DNA of 64,000 nt from Candidatus Thalassarchaeum betae (lineage in GTDB: Archaea > Thermoplasmatota > Poseidoniia > Poseidoniales > Thalassarchaeaceae): NCBI GenBank assembly GCA_003193925.1, contig PSPG01000001.1, forward strand, positions 160,001-224,000, given 5' to 3'. The position numbers were made by a program, and so were the translations under genes. Positions 26,410 to 35,970 of the stretch are shown here, piece by piece; the stretch's first letter is position 1; each line of letters starts with the position of its first letter. The notes beneath the pieces were generated by a model that searched no databases, was not told where the DNA came from, and was given only the letters and a program-made list of their open reading frames with translations.

Positions 26410-26997
26410 ATGGGTGTCCAGCAGTATGTCCGCTCACTCTGGAAGACTCCGAAGGCGTCGCTGCCGCCGAGGTACCGACGCGAGCGCATGGTGGGCTGGA
26501 GGCGAGAGCCGGTGTTCCAGCGAATCGAGCGACCGACCCGCATCGACGCGGCCCGCAGAGTCGGCTACAAGGCCAAGCAGGGCGTCGTCGTAGTGAGGAC
26601 TCGCGTACGTCGAGGAGGACTGCGCAAGGGCAAGATCCACATGAAGCGCAAGCCGTCCAAGTCCGGCATCAAGAAGATCACCATGGCTAAGTCAATCCAG
26701 CGTATGGCCGAGGAGCGGGTCAACAGGCGCTACCCGAACCTCGAAGTCCTCAACTCGTACTGGGTCGGAGAGGACGGCAAGAACAAGTTCTACGAGGTCA
26801 TTCTGCTCGACCCCGCACACCCCGCCATCAAGTCCGACAAGCAGCTTGGCTGGGTGTCGAGCGGCAACAGCCACAGGGGTCGCGCGTTCCGCGGCAAGAC
26901 CAGTGCAGGCAAGCGCGGGCGTGGGCTGTACAACAAGGGCAAGGGCGCTGAGAAGCTCCGCCCCAGCCTAAAGGCCAACAAAAACCGCGGCAAGTGA
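26410..26997 (+). CDS. rpl15e: 50S ribosomal protein L15e
   Basis: [27 protein letters not shown] and RGKTSAG motifs. Confidence 0.97.
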   Translation: MGVQQYVRSLWKTPKASLPPRYRRERMVGWRREPVFQRIERPTRIDAARRVGYKAKQGVVVVRTRVRRGGLRKGKIHMKRKPSKSGIKKITMAKSIQRMAEERVNRRYPNLEVLNSYWVGEDGKNKFYEVILLDPAHPAIKSDKQLGWVSSGNSHRGRAFRGKTSAGKRGRGLYNKGKGAEKLRPSLKANKNRGK

Positions 26998-27046
26998 GTT
27001 CTCACTCGCCGTCATATTGATGCCTGTCCCGTCTTGGCCAGTGCCG

Positions 27047-27301
27047 ATGGCCGACCTTCAAGTGTCCGAGATTCGCGGGCTCCCGGTGATTATGCCGAGC
27101 GGCAGATTGCTCGGCACCGTCCACGATACAGTCATCGACACCGACGGATGGACCTGCACCCACATCTTCGTCGCCGACCCTCCTGCGGACCTCGTCGAGG
27201 GACGGATCCACGTCGCCATACCGTGGAACTGGGTCCGCTCTATCGGGGACGTCGTCATGCTGCGCTGGTTCCCTCCGACCCCGATTCCCCGCAAGTTGTG
27301 A
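27047..27301 (+). CDS. PRC-barrel domain protein
   Basis: SEIRGLPV...GRLLGTVHD.VID...IPWNWVRSIGDVVML fits the PRC-barrel pattern; start uncertain (27017-27047). Confidence 0.8.
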   Translation: MADLQVSEIRGLPVIMPSGRLLGTVHDTVIDTDGWTCTHIFVADPPADLVEGRIHVAIPWNWVRSIGDVVMLRWFPPTPIPRKL

Positions 27302-27341
27302 GAGTTCAATACGGGTCGGCTCCCGCATCGGCCTGAGAGAG

Positions 27342-28409
27342 ATGCTCGTACTGCATGTCCTAGGCACATCAGGCTCGCGCCCGACTCGCGGGCGCTCGGT
27401 CCCCGGTAACTATCTCTCGACGCCCTCCGGAGGTATCGTCATCGATTGCGGCGAGGGCTTCCAAGAGAGGCTGCTGAAGCACGATCTCGCTCTGAAGGCG
27501 ACCGGCACCAACAAGCGCGCTCGCGCCTCGAAAATCAGAGTGATTCTGCTCACCCACAGCCATCTCGACCACTGCTGGGGTCTCCTGCCGTTCCTCTACA
27601 CGATGGATCTCGACGGGCGCACCGCCCCACTCACCATCATCGCCCCTACCGCCTCCGAGAGAGCCCCGGCCCGCTCTGACTTCGCCGGCCTCTTCGAATC
27701 CTGGCGGGACCTGCTCGCCGGCGAGCTCTCTAGGGGAGGCCTCGGGTTCCCTGTCGAGTGGGTGCTGATTCCCGTCGACGGCGAAGAGCCGATCGAACCA
27801 CCGGTGCAGCCGCTAGAGGGCGTGCACCTGACAGCCGTGCCCACTAGGCACGGTGTCGTCTCGGTCGCTTGGATGGTCTCCACCCCCCAGCGCTCGGGAC
27901 GCTTCGACCGGGATCGGGCAGCCTCGCTGGGACTTGCCGACCATCAGGTTTCGCTGCTTGCTGCAGGAGAGAGCATCATCCATGACGGCGCGGAGTTGGA
28001 CCCGGCTGACTTCCGCGCCGAGAGGCGACCTCCCTGTCGGCTCCTCGTCAGCGGCGACACCACTCGTGGCGTTGCCTCGTTCAACCAGGAGAGCTTAGGC
28101 GGTCCGGTGGACCTGCTGATCCACGAGGCCACCTACACCAACGAATACCACGACAAGTCCGAGGCATATGGGCACTCGACCGCTGTCGACGCCGCAGCCG
28201 CTGCATCGGTGATGGGCGCCAAGGTTCTGGGAATGGTGCATCTGAGCACGAGAATCAGTGATTGCGCAATACTCGAATCAGAGGCTAGGGAAATCCATCC
28301 GAGCAGCTTCGTCTGCGAGGATGGGGACATAATCGAAATCTCTCTGGATGGGGCCATCGACGTCTCCAGACGCCGTGAAAACGTCTGGATGCCTCTGAGC
28401 ATAGAGTGA
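27342..28409 (+). CDS. rnz: Ribonuclease Z
   Basis: LGTSG..PT, DCGEG, THSHLDH, SGDT, HEAT, HST and VHLS motifs, plus the exosite arm. Confidence 0.92.
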   Translation: MLVLHVLGTSGSRPTRGRSVPGNYLSTPSGGIVIDCGEGFQERLLKHDLALKATGTNKRARASKIRVILLTHSHLDHCWGLLPFLYTMDLDGRTAPLTIIAPTASERAPARSDFAGLFESWRDLLAGELSRGGLGFPVEWVLIPVDGEEPIEPPVQPLEGVHLTAVPTRHGVVSVAWMVSTPQRSGRFDRDRAASLGLADHQVSLLAAGESIIHDGAELDPADFRAERRPPCRLLVSGDTTRGVASFNQESLGGPVDLLIHEATYTNEYHDKSEAYGHSTAVDAAAAASVMGAKVLGMVHLSTRISDCAILESEAREIHPSSFVCEDGDIIEISLDGAIDVSRRRENVWMPLSIE

Positions 28410-28454
28410 ACGCGACTGCGATACGATTCAAAAGCAGGGAGCAAACCGTTCTGC

Positions 28455-30851
28455 GTGCGCCGAGCGTCAGCCAGTCTGCTAATCGCCTTGCTGCTGGTCA
28501 GCGCGGCCCCATTGGCCCAGGCTGACTCCAAGGGAGTCATCTCCTGCGTCAACGCAGACCTCACGATGATGCCTGCCAGTTGGGATGTCGAGGACCAATC
28601 CTGCGTTCGCCTGGACCTCGGAGAGCTGGAGCCCGGCGAGACCCTGTCCTTCGACATCACCTCCGACGGGCTCATCGACATCCTGCTCTTCTCGGTCAAT
28701 TCCATCTCCGTCTACCAGAACGAGCAGGCTTACCGGAGCGATTCCATTTGGGAGAGCGACTCGGTCTTCGAGAACTTCAACGGCACAGGCGCATGGCACT
28801 GGACCGTACCCGACGACCGCGAGATGACCCGCTGGTACCTCGTCTTGGACAATCTCGCGCATCCGCAGGACGGAGGCGGAGGGGCTCAGGGCATAGCGAG
28901 CGCCTCAGTCAGTCTGGACTCAGGACCAGTCCTCGCTGCGCCATTCACCCTCGCCGACACCATCGTGCGACTCGATGTCGGCGAGCACTCGATTCTCCAC
29001 GGGCCGTTCGTTGTCGACGCCGGCACTCAGGCCAGAATCGACGCGACGACGATGGAGGGGGCTCCCGATGTCTTCCTGATGACAGAGTCCCAGGTGACCC
29101 TGTACGAGGCAGGTGGCACCGCGGCCTCCCGCGTCGAGGGCACCGACATGCTGCTCATCACCACCGAGCGCCACATGGTCTGGCTCGTGCCCGAGACGTA
29201 CGAGGGCATTGACCTCTATCTGGTGGTCGACAACAGGCCGGGCCCCTCCGGAGGTGGCGCCGGGACTCAGAAGATTGCCACCACAGTTACCCTCTCGCTC
29301 ACCCCCGTGCTGGATCCGACCATCAGCAGCGAGGTCTCTCTGGACACCATCGACGTGGGGACCATCGTCATGCTGGACGCCTCCGAGACCCCGAACCGCT
29401 CCAATCAGATTCCCCCCTCCGGCTTCAGGTGGGACACTAACTCTGACGGCGTCGACGACACCGTCGGCTCAAACGTCAACATCAGCTGGTCCGACCCGAC
29501 GAACATCACCATCAGGCTCACCGTCGTATCCATCGACGGTCGCAGCGCCAGCGTGTACCAGGATATCGAGGTCGCCGACATCTCAGACCCAGAAGTCAGC
29601 ATCGGGGTCACAGCCATCCTCGAGCGTACCTACGGTGACAGCGTGATCCTGAGCGGACAGGTTTCAGACAACTGGGGAATCCAGACTATCGAGTGGTTCG
29701 TCGACGACGAGCTCGCCCGCAGCAACGCCGGAGACGACGAGGGAGCGACCGTGTTCAGCCACACGTTCAACTCCAGTTACTCGGCCGGGACGCACACCGT
29801 CACCCTCCGCGCCACCGACAGGTCCGACAGGGTGGCCGAGGACACAGCAACCATCAGCCTCTACGATTCGACCCCGCCAGTAATCGGGATTTTCCAGAGC
29901 GAGGTATCCCTGCAGATTGGGCAGACCTTCCGCTTTGAGGCCAATGTCACTGATGCCGAGTCGAGCAACCTGCTCTTCACTTGGGACTTCGACGACTCGG
30001 TCGACTTGGACTCTGACGGCGACGCTAGGAACGACGCTGACGCCCACGGCGACTCGGTATTGTGGAGCTACGACCAATCAGGTGCCCAGTGGGTGGTCTG
30101 TCACGTCGAGAACGATGCCGGACTGGTCAGCGAGTTCGAGATTCTCGTCAATGTACTGAGCGGATCCGAGGGCGGCGGCGCCTTCGACCTGATGACCCTG
30201 GGTATGATTGGCCTAGCAGCCGTCGTCGCATTGGCTGTCGTGATGATCTCGTGGAGAGTCGTCTCCAACCGCAGACTGGCCGCTCTCATCGCAGAGCAGG
30301 AGGAACCCGAAGAAGCCCGGGCAGCCGCTCCGTCGGCCGACGAGCAGAAGGCGATGTGGGGCGGAGGCGACATGGCTGCCGCAACTCCTCAGCACTCTCC
30401 TCAGATGTTCAGTGACTTCTCTAGTGGGATGTCAGGGGCCACCGCTGACGTTTCAACCGCGATGGGCGAGCCCGAGGGCGGCGACATAGACCCCGACATC
30501 GCGGCACTGCTGGAGTCGGCCAAGCAGTCACAGTCGACGCCCGCGTCCAGTGTCGCCAGCGACTTGCTGTCCGCCTTCGAGAGCGATGACACTGTCAAGA
30601 GGGAGGATGTCGAGTTCTCGCATGAGGGACGGACCGAGGAAGAGCCCTCGAAATGGGCCCCGGGAGAAACTGGGACCGGGGTCTTCCAGCCAGTGCAGGA
30701 CCCCGAGCCAGAGCCCGAGCGGAACCGGACCGTGCGCCAGAACTGCTCGTCTTGCGAGAAGCTGTTCGAAGTCGACTTGCCCGAGGGCGTCGACGCAGCT
30801 AGGACCGCTTGCCCTCACTGTGGTTCGATAGAATCAATCAGTTTGGGCTGA
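28455..30851 (+). CDS. Membrane-anchored surface protein: two GOLD-like beta domains, PKD/Ig domains, TM, acidic linker, cytoplasmic zinc ribbon
   Basis: Signal peptide; duplicated DI/VLL...YLV.DN domains; FRWDTNSDG and FTWDFDD PKD motifs; TM helix; terminal CSSC...CPHC. Confidence 0.8.
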   Translation: MRRASASLLIALLLVSAAPLAQADSKGVISCVNADLTMMPASWDVEDQSCVRLDLGELEPGETLSFDITSDGLIDILLFSVNSISVYQNEQAYRSDSIWESDSVFENFNGTGAWHWTVPDDREMTRWYLVLDNLAHPQDGGGGAQGIASASVSLDSGPVLAAPFTLADTIVRLDVGEHSILHGPFVVDAGTQARIDATTMEGAPDVFLMTESQVTLYEAGGTAASRVEGTDMLLITTERHMVWLVPETYEGIDLYLVVDNRPGPSGGGAGTQKIATTVTLSLTPVLDPTISSEVSLDTIDVGTIVMLDASETPNRSNQIPPSGFRWDTNSDGVDDTVGSNVNISWSDPTNITIRLTVVSIDGRSASVYQDIEVADISDPEVSIGVTAILERTYGDSVILSGQVSDNWGIQTIEWFVDDELARSNAGDDEGATVFSHTFNSSYSAGTHTVTLRATDRSDRVAEDTATISLYDSTPPVIGIFQSEVSLQIGQTFRFEANVTDAESSNLLFTWDFDDSVDLDSDGDARNDADAHGDSVLWSYDQSGAQWVVCHVENDAGLVSEFEILVNVLSGSEGGGAFDLMTLGMIGLAAVVALAVVMISWRVVSNRRLAALIAEQEEPEEARAAAPSADEQKAMWGGGDMAAATPQHSPQMFSDFSSGMSGATADVSTAMGEPEGGDIDPDIAALLESAKQSQSTPASSVASDLLSAFESDDTVKREDVEFSHEGRTEEEPSKWAPGETGTGVFQPVQDPEPEPERNRTVRQNCSSCEKLFEVDLPEGVDAARTACPHCGSIESISLG

Positions 30852-30933
30852 CCGCCATGCCGGTCTGGGTTTTTGATGCAGGGGCCGTTCCTGTAGGGCA
30901 ATACCCTATAGCGCACCTCTGAGAGGTGCGAGC

Positions 30934-33900
30934 ATGGACAACACCGGTGTCCGGCTCGTGTATCGGGCCCCTGCGGTGTCACATTCGCACACCCTGCTGA
31001 TGATGCTGCTGTTCCTCCTGCCCGTTCTCTCTCCGATTGCCAGCGTCAGCGGCGAGGCTAGGATAGAATCGCAGGACTTCGAGATTCTCAATCAACTCTC
31101 GGACTTATTGGAGGAGCGACAGGAGGTACTGGAAAGCAACTCCGTCGGACAGATGGCCGGCCCGACAATCGAGGGTGTCAGCAACGCAGTCACACCCACA
31201 GGCTCGTCCGATCCCCTCTCGGACGTCGATGGCGCTATCGAAGGGGCGACAATGGCCGTCACGACTCCCCCGGAGCCCACTCATCCCGGCCCCTACCAGC
31301 TTCTGGTCGATTCCGACAGCAGGCCTCCCGGACAAGTGGACAACGTCTGGCAGACTCTGGTGAACCTCACTGACTACGTCATCTGGACCCAGTACACCGA
31401 CCTCGATGGCAACGTCATCGAGAACTTCGAGGTCGTCACATTCACCGCCAACCTACTATCGCTCTTGGATATCAACTCGGACCCGCTTCTGCACGAGGTC
31501 GATATCGACAACGACGGGGACGATGACATCGAGGTCGGACTCAAGATCGCTTGGGAGTTCTCAGGCGGCTGGGGGGTCGATCTCGATAGCGGAATACTGT
31601 GGATCGAGCCAGGGATCTCCTATTCGGTCAAGGTCCTGGCTTCGAGCCAGAACGACCCCGACTGGGACGACTTGGACAAGCTCCAAGTCTCCCTGATCAA
31701 GGCCTTCGCCTATTCTGGACCGGGCTCCATCCTCGCACTGGGGGAGGGCGAGTCCTACATCTGGGTCGTCGACTCCAGATTCACGACCCAGCCGAACGAC
31801 TTCTCACTGAGAGTCGGGATAGAGAGGTTCTACTTCGACATCGCAGGCGCTGGGTCGGACCTCTTCGTCACGTTGATCCAAGCCCTGACGCTCGGCATCA
31901 TCAACTCGGGCGTGGATGAATCAGGGATCACCTTCGCATCGATGTCCGCTCCCTATGCCATAGAGATCAGCAATGACGGGCAGTCGACCTGCCCGGACAG
32001 ATACTCCCCCGACGAGCTGCTGTTCGCCTCCTATTTGGAGTTGAACTGCGGCGTGACCGCAGGCTTCGGGTACCTGCATTTCTCACCCCCCGACGACAGT
32101 GGTGACAGAGACTTGTGGGAACTCGCTTACATCGAGCTCTCGCTGCACCCCAACAAGGACGCGGTAATACTCCCCAACCAGGTCGATATCGTCATCAGGA
32201 CCGACAGCGTGCTGCCGGCGAACGGGCTGGTCGACGGGGAGGACGGCCTGACCACCATCGAGTACTGGGCTGACGAGAGGACTGACCTCCATATCCACTT
32301 CCACGAGAACCGCTCGGAGTTGCCCGCGGAGGAGTCGGACGACGGGGGCCAGGGCAACGTCACCGACTCCGTTGGCTGGCTGCGTGGGATGCCCGCAGGA
32401 TCACTGTCGGAGGGCGAGATCAGGAGGGTCTTCAGGATGCTGGGTTCGGATGGCTCGCAATCGAAGTTGCCGGGTGAGCTTCCCGAGCGGTTGGGCATGA
32501 TTCTCGGGATCAAGAACTTCTCGCGTGACGACAGCGAGAACGTCAACGACCCGACCCTGCCGGTCAATCCGGCAAATCCGCCAAATACGCTGATTCTGCT
32601 GCGTTCCGTCCAGTCCATCGAGGAGATCGATTACGACTCGTGGTTCCTCCGCGGAGGGGCTGTCGACGACCATAGGAAGATGCACATCTCGGCTAGGGAC
32701 GTGCCTACCGCTGCAGTCCTCTACGGCTCCTTCGAGTTGGCAGGCAGGGACGAGGTAGATACCAGCTTCGATTCGGAGGACAGCCTCGACTTCATCTCCA
32801 AGATCATGGACAACGTCCTGATCAACATAGTCGATCTGTTCCTCGACATCGGCAATGTGCTCAATGACATCCCATCGGCCGTGGTCGACATCATCAGCGG
32901 GGGGGTCGATGGAACCAGCGGGCTGGAGGGGCGCTCGTTCCACCTTCTGCTCACCGACAACTGGCTGGTCACCCGTTCCGACATGCCGATTGAACACATC
33001 TCGATCCAGATAGGCTCCAGCGCCCATCCGATCCTGCCCGGTGACCATCTACTGCTGGCTCAGGACAGAGATCTCGACATGGTGAACGGCCGCAACGGGC
33101 CTGTAGATCCGCTGGTCCCGGTAGCGGCGAGCATCAGTTTCAGCGGGCTGATCGCGTTCTCATTAGTCGATGACAACGACCTCGACGAGCAGACCATGGC
33201 TCTTAGAACGGCCTCGGACGAGCCGTTCCGTTTCACTTACATCGAGCATCCTTCTGGCCTGCTTGAAGGAGCCTCCTACCAGTCGCTGACCTTGAGTGAC
33301 ATACCTGACAACCTCTCAACGTACATCACCCCTGAGGGGATGGAGTACACGGCTTCGACGAGCATCGATTCCATCGTCTACGCCGGCTTGGACGGAACCC
33401 AGCGCCAAGCAGCTCACATCTTCGGGGTCCCAGACAGTTTCACGACGACCTTCGGGACACACACCAGCTGGTCCTCGTCCACCCCGATCTCCACCATCGA
33501 GGCCCAGATCAGCAACGCATCAGAACCCGTGACCATGACCGGCGACCACTTCCTGTTCCACCACGACCCGGTCTCAGAGACCTCGACCATCTCGGTGAGG
33601 CTGACAGGTCTGAGCGAGGTCGGTTGGATAGAACCCGCCGAGGAGGGCGCGTCCGGGCCTGCGGGCCGGGGTACCGCCTACATGTCAGTGTCCGGTGACA
33701 GGCAGTTGAGCATCAATGTCGATCAGGCGCCCACACAGGACAGTGATCCGCTTTCGGTACTTGCCTCCATCGACCCACTGCCCTCCTCGGTGTCGGTCGG
33801 GATACCTACAGGGGCAGAGGCGGGATCGACGCTCGCAGTCCCCGAGTTCAACATCTCCAACGGTGTGTCAGGAATCGCTTTCTTCATCAGCGGGTTCGCC

Positions 33901-35328
33901 GACCTCGGTCGCTCAGTCAACAGCGTCCTCTCGGGAGTCACCTCGGACATCTCCACAGGTGCCGAGTCGGAGGATGACGGCTTCTCCTTCGGCATCCAGT
34001 TGGACGCTGACGCGTCCTTCGACCTCACGGTCGAGGCCATCCACGGTGATGGGTCGGTGGAGGCGCCCCCGTGGGTTCACGGCATCGCGTTCCAATCATC
34101 ACCCAGTGGTATTGCAGACGGCTTCCACCTCAGGACCTGGCTGCCCAACCTGCCTCCGATGATCGACCTCTCAATCAGTAGGACCCCGACGCTCAACGGC
34201 CAGGATTGGGTGATCAGCATGGGTCTCGAGGGCTGGGTGCCAGCACGCGGCGAGTTGATGTTGCACGCCTATGGAATCAACGGACAGGACCTGCTGCTCA
34301 CCCTGCAGGGGCTGACCATCGGGGAGCCGACCTCGCTCGTCGTGGACTCGCTCTTCGAGATAAGCACGATCGGCGGGATCACCGAGGTGGCGACCACGAC
34401 TCACTACGAGATGTCCGAGCGACTCGATTGGGTCCACATCCTGCTAATCAACAGGGCAGCCGGCAGCAGGACTGAGGTGATGATACATGACATCCCAGAG
34501 TCGATTGACCTACATGCCAGCATCGGCACCGCGATTTCACTTGATATGACGGTGCCCGAGGCGTATCGTCGCGACGGCACCGCGGTCGGTGCCATCATGC
34601 TGCAGCAGATGCAGTGGATGGAGTCTGCGTGGTGGCCTGCGACCGTATTCCTGACCGATGTGCCGGGATGGGTCAATCTGACGACGGAGCCATCGCTGAA
34701 TTTCGACATCACTCAGAACATAGCCTTCCAAGGCTCGGCGACCCTCGAGTTCAAGGCTTCTGACGAGGGCATGTCACTCTACATCGAGGCCTTCGGAAGG
34801 GCGATCAACAAGAGAGGCGACACCATCCTCCTAGCTCAGGGAATGTCCGACCGGATGTCGATCAAGCCCACCAGCTCCTTTGGCCTCGCCATCAGGTCAG
34901 GAGGTGAGGGAGTAGAACGACTCTACATCCGAATGAGCAACGTCCCGGCGACCCCACCCATCGTCCTCGAAGAGATGGAGGCTCTGGGGGAGAACCTGCA
35001 GAGGGCCACCATCCACATCAGGGAGATCGTGGGGCCATACAGCGTCATAGAGATCGATGATGTGCGAGGCGGCAGGATAATCGCCTCGGCTCGGGCATCT
35101 GCGCAAGTAGAGGGTACCGACTTTGACCTCCGAGGCGTTCTGCTGGACGCTCAGATAACCGGAGGCGTGCCGATGGGCACCACTCTTGGAGTGAACGGCC
35201 TAGCCTCCGATTTGTCTCTGCTGAACATGGTGCCGGGGCTCGATGGCTCGACCAAGCACGTGATGGTGATCGAGCCGTTCTCCTCAGCGATCCTGACTCT
35301 GCTGGCGACTGCTCTGGGAGGTGACTAA
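30934..35328 (+). CDS. Very large (about 1460 aa) secreted or anchored hypothetical beta-rich protein
   Basis: Long ORF with host-like codon bias, an N-terminal hydrophobic signal or anchor, acidic composition and a recurring phi-x-D/N-phi-P-x-x-phi-x-phi motif. Confidence 0.85.
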   Translation: MDNTGVRLVYRAPAVSHSHTLLMMLLFLLPVLSPIASVSGEARIESQDFEILNQLSDLLEERQEVLESNSVGQMAGPTIEGVSNAVTPTGSSDPLSDVDGAIEGATMAVTTPPEPTHPGPYQLLVDSDSRPPGQVDNVWQTLVNLTDYVIWTQYTDLDGNVIENFEVVTFTANLLSLLDINSDPLLHEVDIDNDGDDDIEVGLKIAWEFSGGWGVDLDSGILWIEPGISYSVKVLASSQNDPDWDDLDKLQVSLIKAFAYSGPGSILALGEGESYIWVVDSRFTTQPNDFSLRVGIERFYFDIAGAGSDLFVTLIQALTLGIINSGVDESGITFASMSAPYAIEISNDGQSTCPDRYSPDELLFASYLELNCGVTAGFGYLHFSPPDDSGDRDLWELAYIELSLHPNKDAVILPNQVDIVIRTDSVLPANGLVDGEDGLTTIEYWADERTDLHIHFHENRSELPAEESDDGGQGNVTDSVGWLRGMPAGSLSEGEIRRVFRMLGSDGSQSKLPGELPERLGMILGIKNFSRDDSENVNDPTLPVNPANPPNTLILLRSVQSIEEIDYDSWFLRGGAVDDHRKMHISARDVPTAAVLYGSFELAGRDEVDTSFDSEDSLDFISKIMDNVLINIVDLFLDIGNVLNDIPSAVVDIISGGVDGTSGLEGRSFHLLLTDNWLVTRSDMPIEHISIQIGSSAHPILPGDHLLLAQDRDLDMVNGRNGPVDPLVPVAASISFSGLIAFSLVDDNDLDEQTMALRTASDEPFRFTYIEHPSGLLEGASYQSLTLSDIPDNLSTYITPEGMEYTASTSIDSIVYAGLDGTQRQAAHIFGVPDSFTTTFGTHTSWSSSTPISTIEAQISNASEPVTMTGDHFLFHHDPVSETSTISVRLTGLSEVGWIEPAEEGASGPAGRGTAYMSVSGDRQLSINVDQAPTQDSDPLSVLASIDPLPSSVSVGIPTGAEAGSTLAVPEFNISNGVSGIAFFISGFADLGRSVNSVLSGVTSDISTGAESEDDGFSFGIQLDADASFDLTVEAIHGDGSVEAPPWVHGIAFQSSPSGIADGFHLRTWLPNLPPMIDLSISRTPTLNGQDWVISMGLEGWVPARGELMLHAYGINGQDLLLTLQGLTIGEPTSLVVDSLFEISTIGGITEVATTTHYEMSERLDWVHILLINRAAGSRTEVMIHDIPESIDLHASIGTAISLDMTVPEAYRRDGTAVGAIMLQQMQWMESAWWPATVFLTDVPGWVNLTTEPSLNFDITQNIAFQGSATLEFKASDEGMSLYIEAFGRAINKRGDTILLAQGMSDRMSIKPTSSFGLAIRSGGEGVERLYIRMSNVPATPPIVLEEMEALGENLQRATIHIREIVGPYSVIEIDDVRGGRIIASARASAQVEGTDFDLRGVLLDAQITGGVPMGTTLGVNGLASDLSLLNMVPGLDGSTKHVMVIEPFSSAILTLLATALGGD

Positions 35329-35329
35329 C

Positions 35330-35896
35330 ATGGGTCTGCTGGAGAAGCTGAAGGGGGAGGAGAGCATCGAGGAAAGGGACATTGACTCGCAGGTCGCCCA
35401 CGAGGTGCTGGAGAAGATAGAGGAGGGTGCAAGGAGGCACATTTCGCCGACCAGGGTAATCTTCGCCTCAATCGCGGTCATGCTCCTACTCGCTACGAGC
35501 GCGTTCGTCTTGACATGGATAGTCCCGTACGACAGGGTCAGCGTCGATGTGGTGTACCGTCAAGGCGGTCCCGGGCACGTCGTACTGGTGGAGTTGGACA
35601 ACAAGGGCAGCAGGACGATCGAAGACATCGACCTGCACATTAGGTTCATCGATTCGAACGGCATCGAGGTCGCTCGCTCGATATTCAATAGGGATTCCCT
35701 CCCGGCCCATACCTCAATCGCTGGGGACGACCTCGAGCTGCTCGTCGAAGGGGCCTCGGTCTGGGAGGACTACACAATCGAAATACTGCTGAACTACGAG
35801 TACTACGGCGGCGATCGCAGCGAACGCTGGACCCACGACGTTGGAGGATGGACGATGGAGATGTTCGTGGACAAGTCGCCATATCGCTTTCTCTGA
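35330..35896 (+). CDS. Single-pass membrane protein with extracellular Ig-like domain
   Basis: GGAGGTGA SD; ATG lies 1 nt after the upstream stop; TM helix followed by VELDNKGSRTIEDI (Ig/CARDB-like). Confidence 0.8.
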   Translation: MGLLEKLKGEESIEERDIDSQVAHEVLEKIEEGARRHISPTRVIFASIAVMLLLATSAFVLTWIVPYDRVSVDVVYRQGGPGHVVLVELDNKGSRTIEDIDLHIRFIDSNGIEVARSIFNRDSLPAHTSIAGDDLELLVEGASVWEDYTIEILLNYEYYGGDRSERWTHDVGGWTMEMFVDKSPYRFL

Positions 35897-35970
35897 GCAG
35901 TCGCAAGCATGACTATTGATGGGTTCAAAGAACCCATACGCTCAAATTGGTTCCGAGAAGGCGAGGGTCG

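Noticed and set aside
26330-26410. Second intron in the T-arm of tRNA-Tyr
   Set aside because: No downstream GGGAGCGCGG exon appears before rpl15e begins.
30891-30911. Weak hairpin CTGTAGGG-CAATA-CCCTATAG before the 1464-aa gene
   Set aside because: It is short with a G-T pair and cannot be told apart from chance or promoter sequence.
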